A DNA stretch of 45,483 nucleotides, from contig JAYTQA010000313.1 of the NCBI GenBank assembly GCA_043746955.1, forward strand, positions 1-45,483, written 5' to 3'. The DNA is from a bacterium (lineage in GTDB: Bacteria > Pseudomonadota > Alphaproteobacteria > Rhodobacterales > Rhodobacteraceae). The notes beneath the pieces are model-generated. The model saw only the letters and a list, made by a program, of their open reading frames with translations, was not told where the DNA came from and searched no databases. Each line of letters starts with the position of its first letter. Position 1 is the first letter of the stretch. Made by a program: the position numbers and the translations under genes. Shown here one piece after another: positions 44,670-45,483 of the stretch.

Positions 44670-45482
44670 ATGGCCACCCTAGACCTGCAAAACATCACCA
44701 AGTCGTTCGGCACCGCGCAGGTCCTGAAGGGCATTAATCTGGCGATCAAAGACAAGGAATTCGTGGTGTTCGTCGGTCCGTCCGGCTGCGGAAAATCGAC
44801 CCTGTTGCGCATTATCGCAGGCTTGGAGGCTGCAACCACCGGCGGCATCCTCATCAGCGGCACCGATGTGTCCAACCTCGCCCCGGTTGATCGCGGCATT
44901 TCCATGGTGTTCCAATCCTACGCGCTTTACCCGCACCTGACCGTGTTTGAGAACATCGCCTTCCCGCTTCGCGTCCAAAAACTCCCAGAATCCGAGGTCA
45001 ACGCCAAAGTCGCCAAAGCCGCCGAGGTTCTGCAACTGACTGAAAAGCTGCAACTGAAGCCCGGTCAGCTGTCCGGCGGCCAGCGCCAGCGGGTTGCGAT
45101 TGGCCGCAGCATCGTGCGCAACCCCCGGGTTTTTCTGTTCGACGAACCCTTGTCCAACCTCGACGCCGCCTTGCGCGGCGACATGCGGGTGGAACTCAGC
45201 CAGTTGCACCGCGCGCTTGCCGCCACAATGATCTACGTGACCCACGACCAGATCGAGGCGATGACGATGGCTCACCGCATCGTGGTGCTGAACGCCGGTC
45301 GGGTTGAACAATTCGGCACACCGATGGAGCTTTATCATCACCCCGCCACCCGCTTCGTCGCCACCTTCATCGGCCAGCCCAACATGAACCTGATCCCCGC
45401 CACCGTGCTGGGCATTGACGCCCGCGGCCTTACGGTAGAACTCGACGGCGGCGCGCAAATGAGCCTGCCGGTAGAGCCTGAC
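44670..45482 (+). CDS. Carbohydrate ABC transporter ATP-binding protein (MalK/UgpC-like; runs off window)
   Basis: Not in the ORF track. [14 protein letters not shown]...[15 protein letters not shown]; [11 protein letters not shown]; [13 protein letters not shown]; [11 protein letters not shown]; YVTHDQ. Confidence 0.96.
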   Translation, partial: MATLDLQNITKSFGTAQVLKGINLAIKDKEFVVFVGPSGCGKSTLLRIIAGLEAATTGGILISGTDVSNLAPVDRGISMVFQSYALYPHLTVFENIAFPLRVQKLPESEVNAKVAKAAEVLQLTEKLQLKPGQLSGGQRQRVAIGRSIVRNPRVFLFDEPLSNLDAALRGDMRVELSQLHRALAATMIYVTHDQIEAMTMAHRIVVLNAGRVEQFGTPMELYHHPATRFVATFIGQPNMNLIPATVLGIDARGLTVELDGGAQMSLPVEPD

Positions 45483-45483
45483 A

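Noticed and set aside
42484-45458. Minus-strand ORFs 42484..43515, 43343..44905 and 44679..45458
   Set aside because: Antisense shadows of clear ABC transporter genes.
38764-45482. GH20/ABC locus as a recycling route for muropeptides released by flagellar SltF
   Set aside because: Muropeptide recycling typically uses GH3 NagZ; this locus has NagQ-type rather than CtrA-type sites and is separated from the cluster by stcD.

Overview
GC-rich alphaproteobacterial DNA, Rhodobacteraceae-like. About 33 kb (2816-35530) is a near-complete Roseobacter fla1 / Cereibacter sphaeroides Fla2-type flagellar cluster: flgD, fliK, flgJ, flgN, flagellin, flaF, flbT, DUF1217, fliI, flgBC, fliE, fliQ, flgFGAH, fliL-like, fliJ-like, flhB, fliR, flhA, sltF, motK-like, motA, motE, fliL, fliF, fliH, fliN, fliP, flgILKE and motB. 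CtrA-like TTAA-N7-TTAA boxes sit in nearly every promoter region. Left flank: xdhC and a GlfT2-like galactofuranosyltransferase that the ORF track missed. Right flank: an unannotated 294-aa gene, an StcD-like N-methylproline demethylase, and a GlcNAc-oligosaccharide locus (GH20 hexosaminidase, NagQ-like GntR, ABC transporter). Most notable observations: (1) the 294-aa gene directly upstream of motB appears to be four tandem ribosomal L7/L12-CTD (ClpS-like) folds behind CtrA-type sites; (2) the only flagellin has a 1-nt deletion that removes its conserved C-terminus; (3) FliK is about 1140 aa and contains tandem repeats; (4) a 106-bp CIR/Bru-RS-like repeat supplies the stop codons of two convergent genes; (5) the flagellin leader can form four hairpins. 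All calls are from manual reading and recalled family motifs; no database searches were run.
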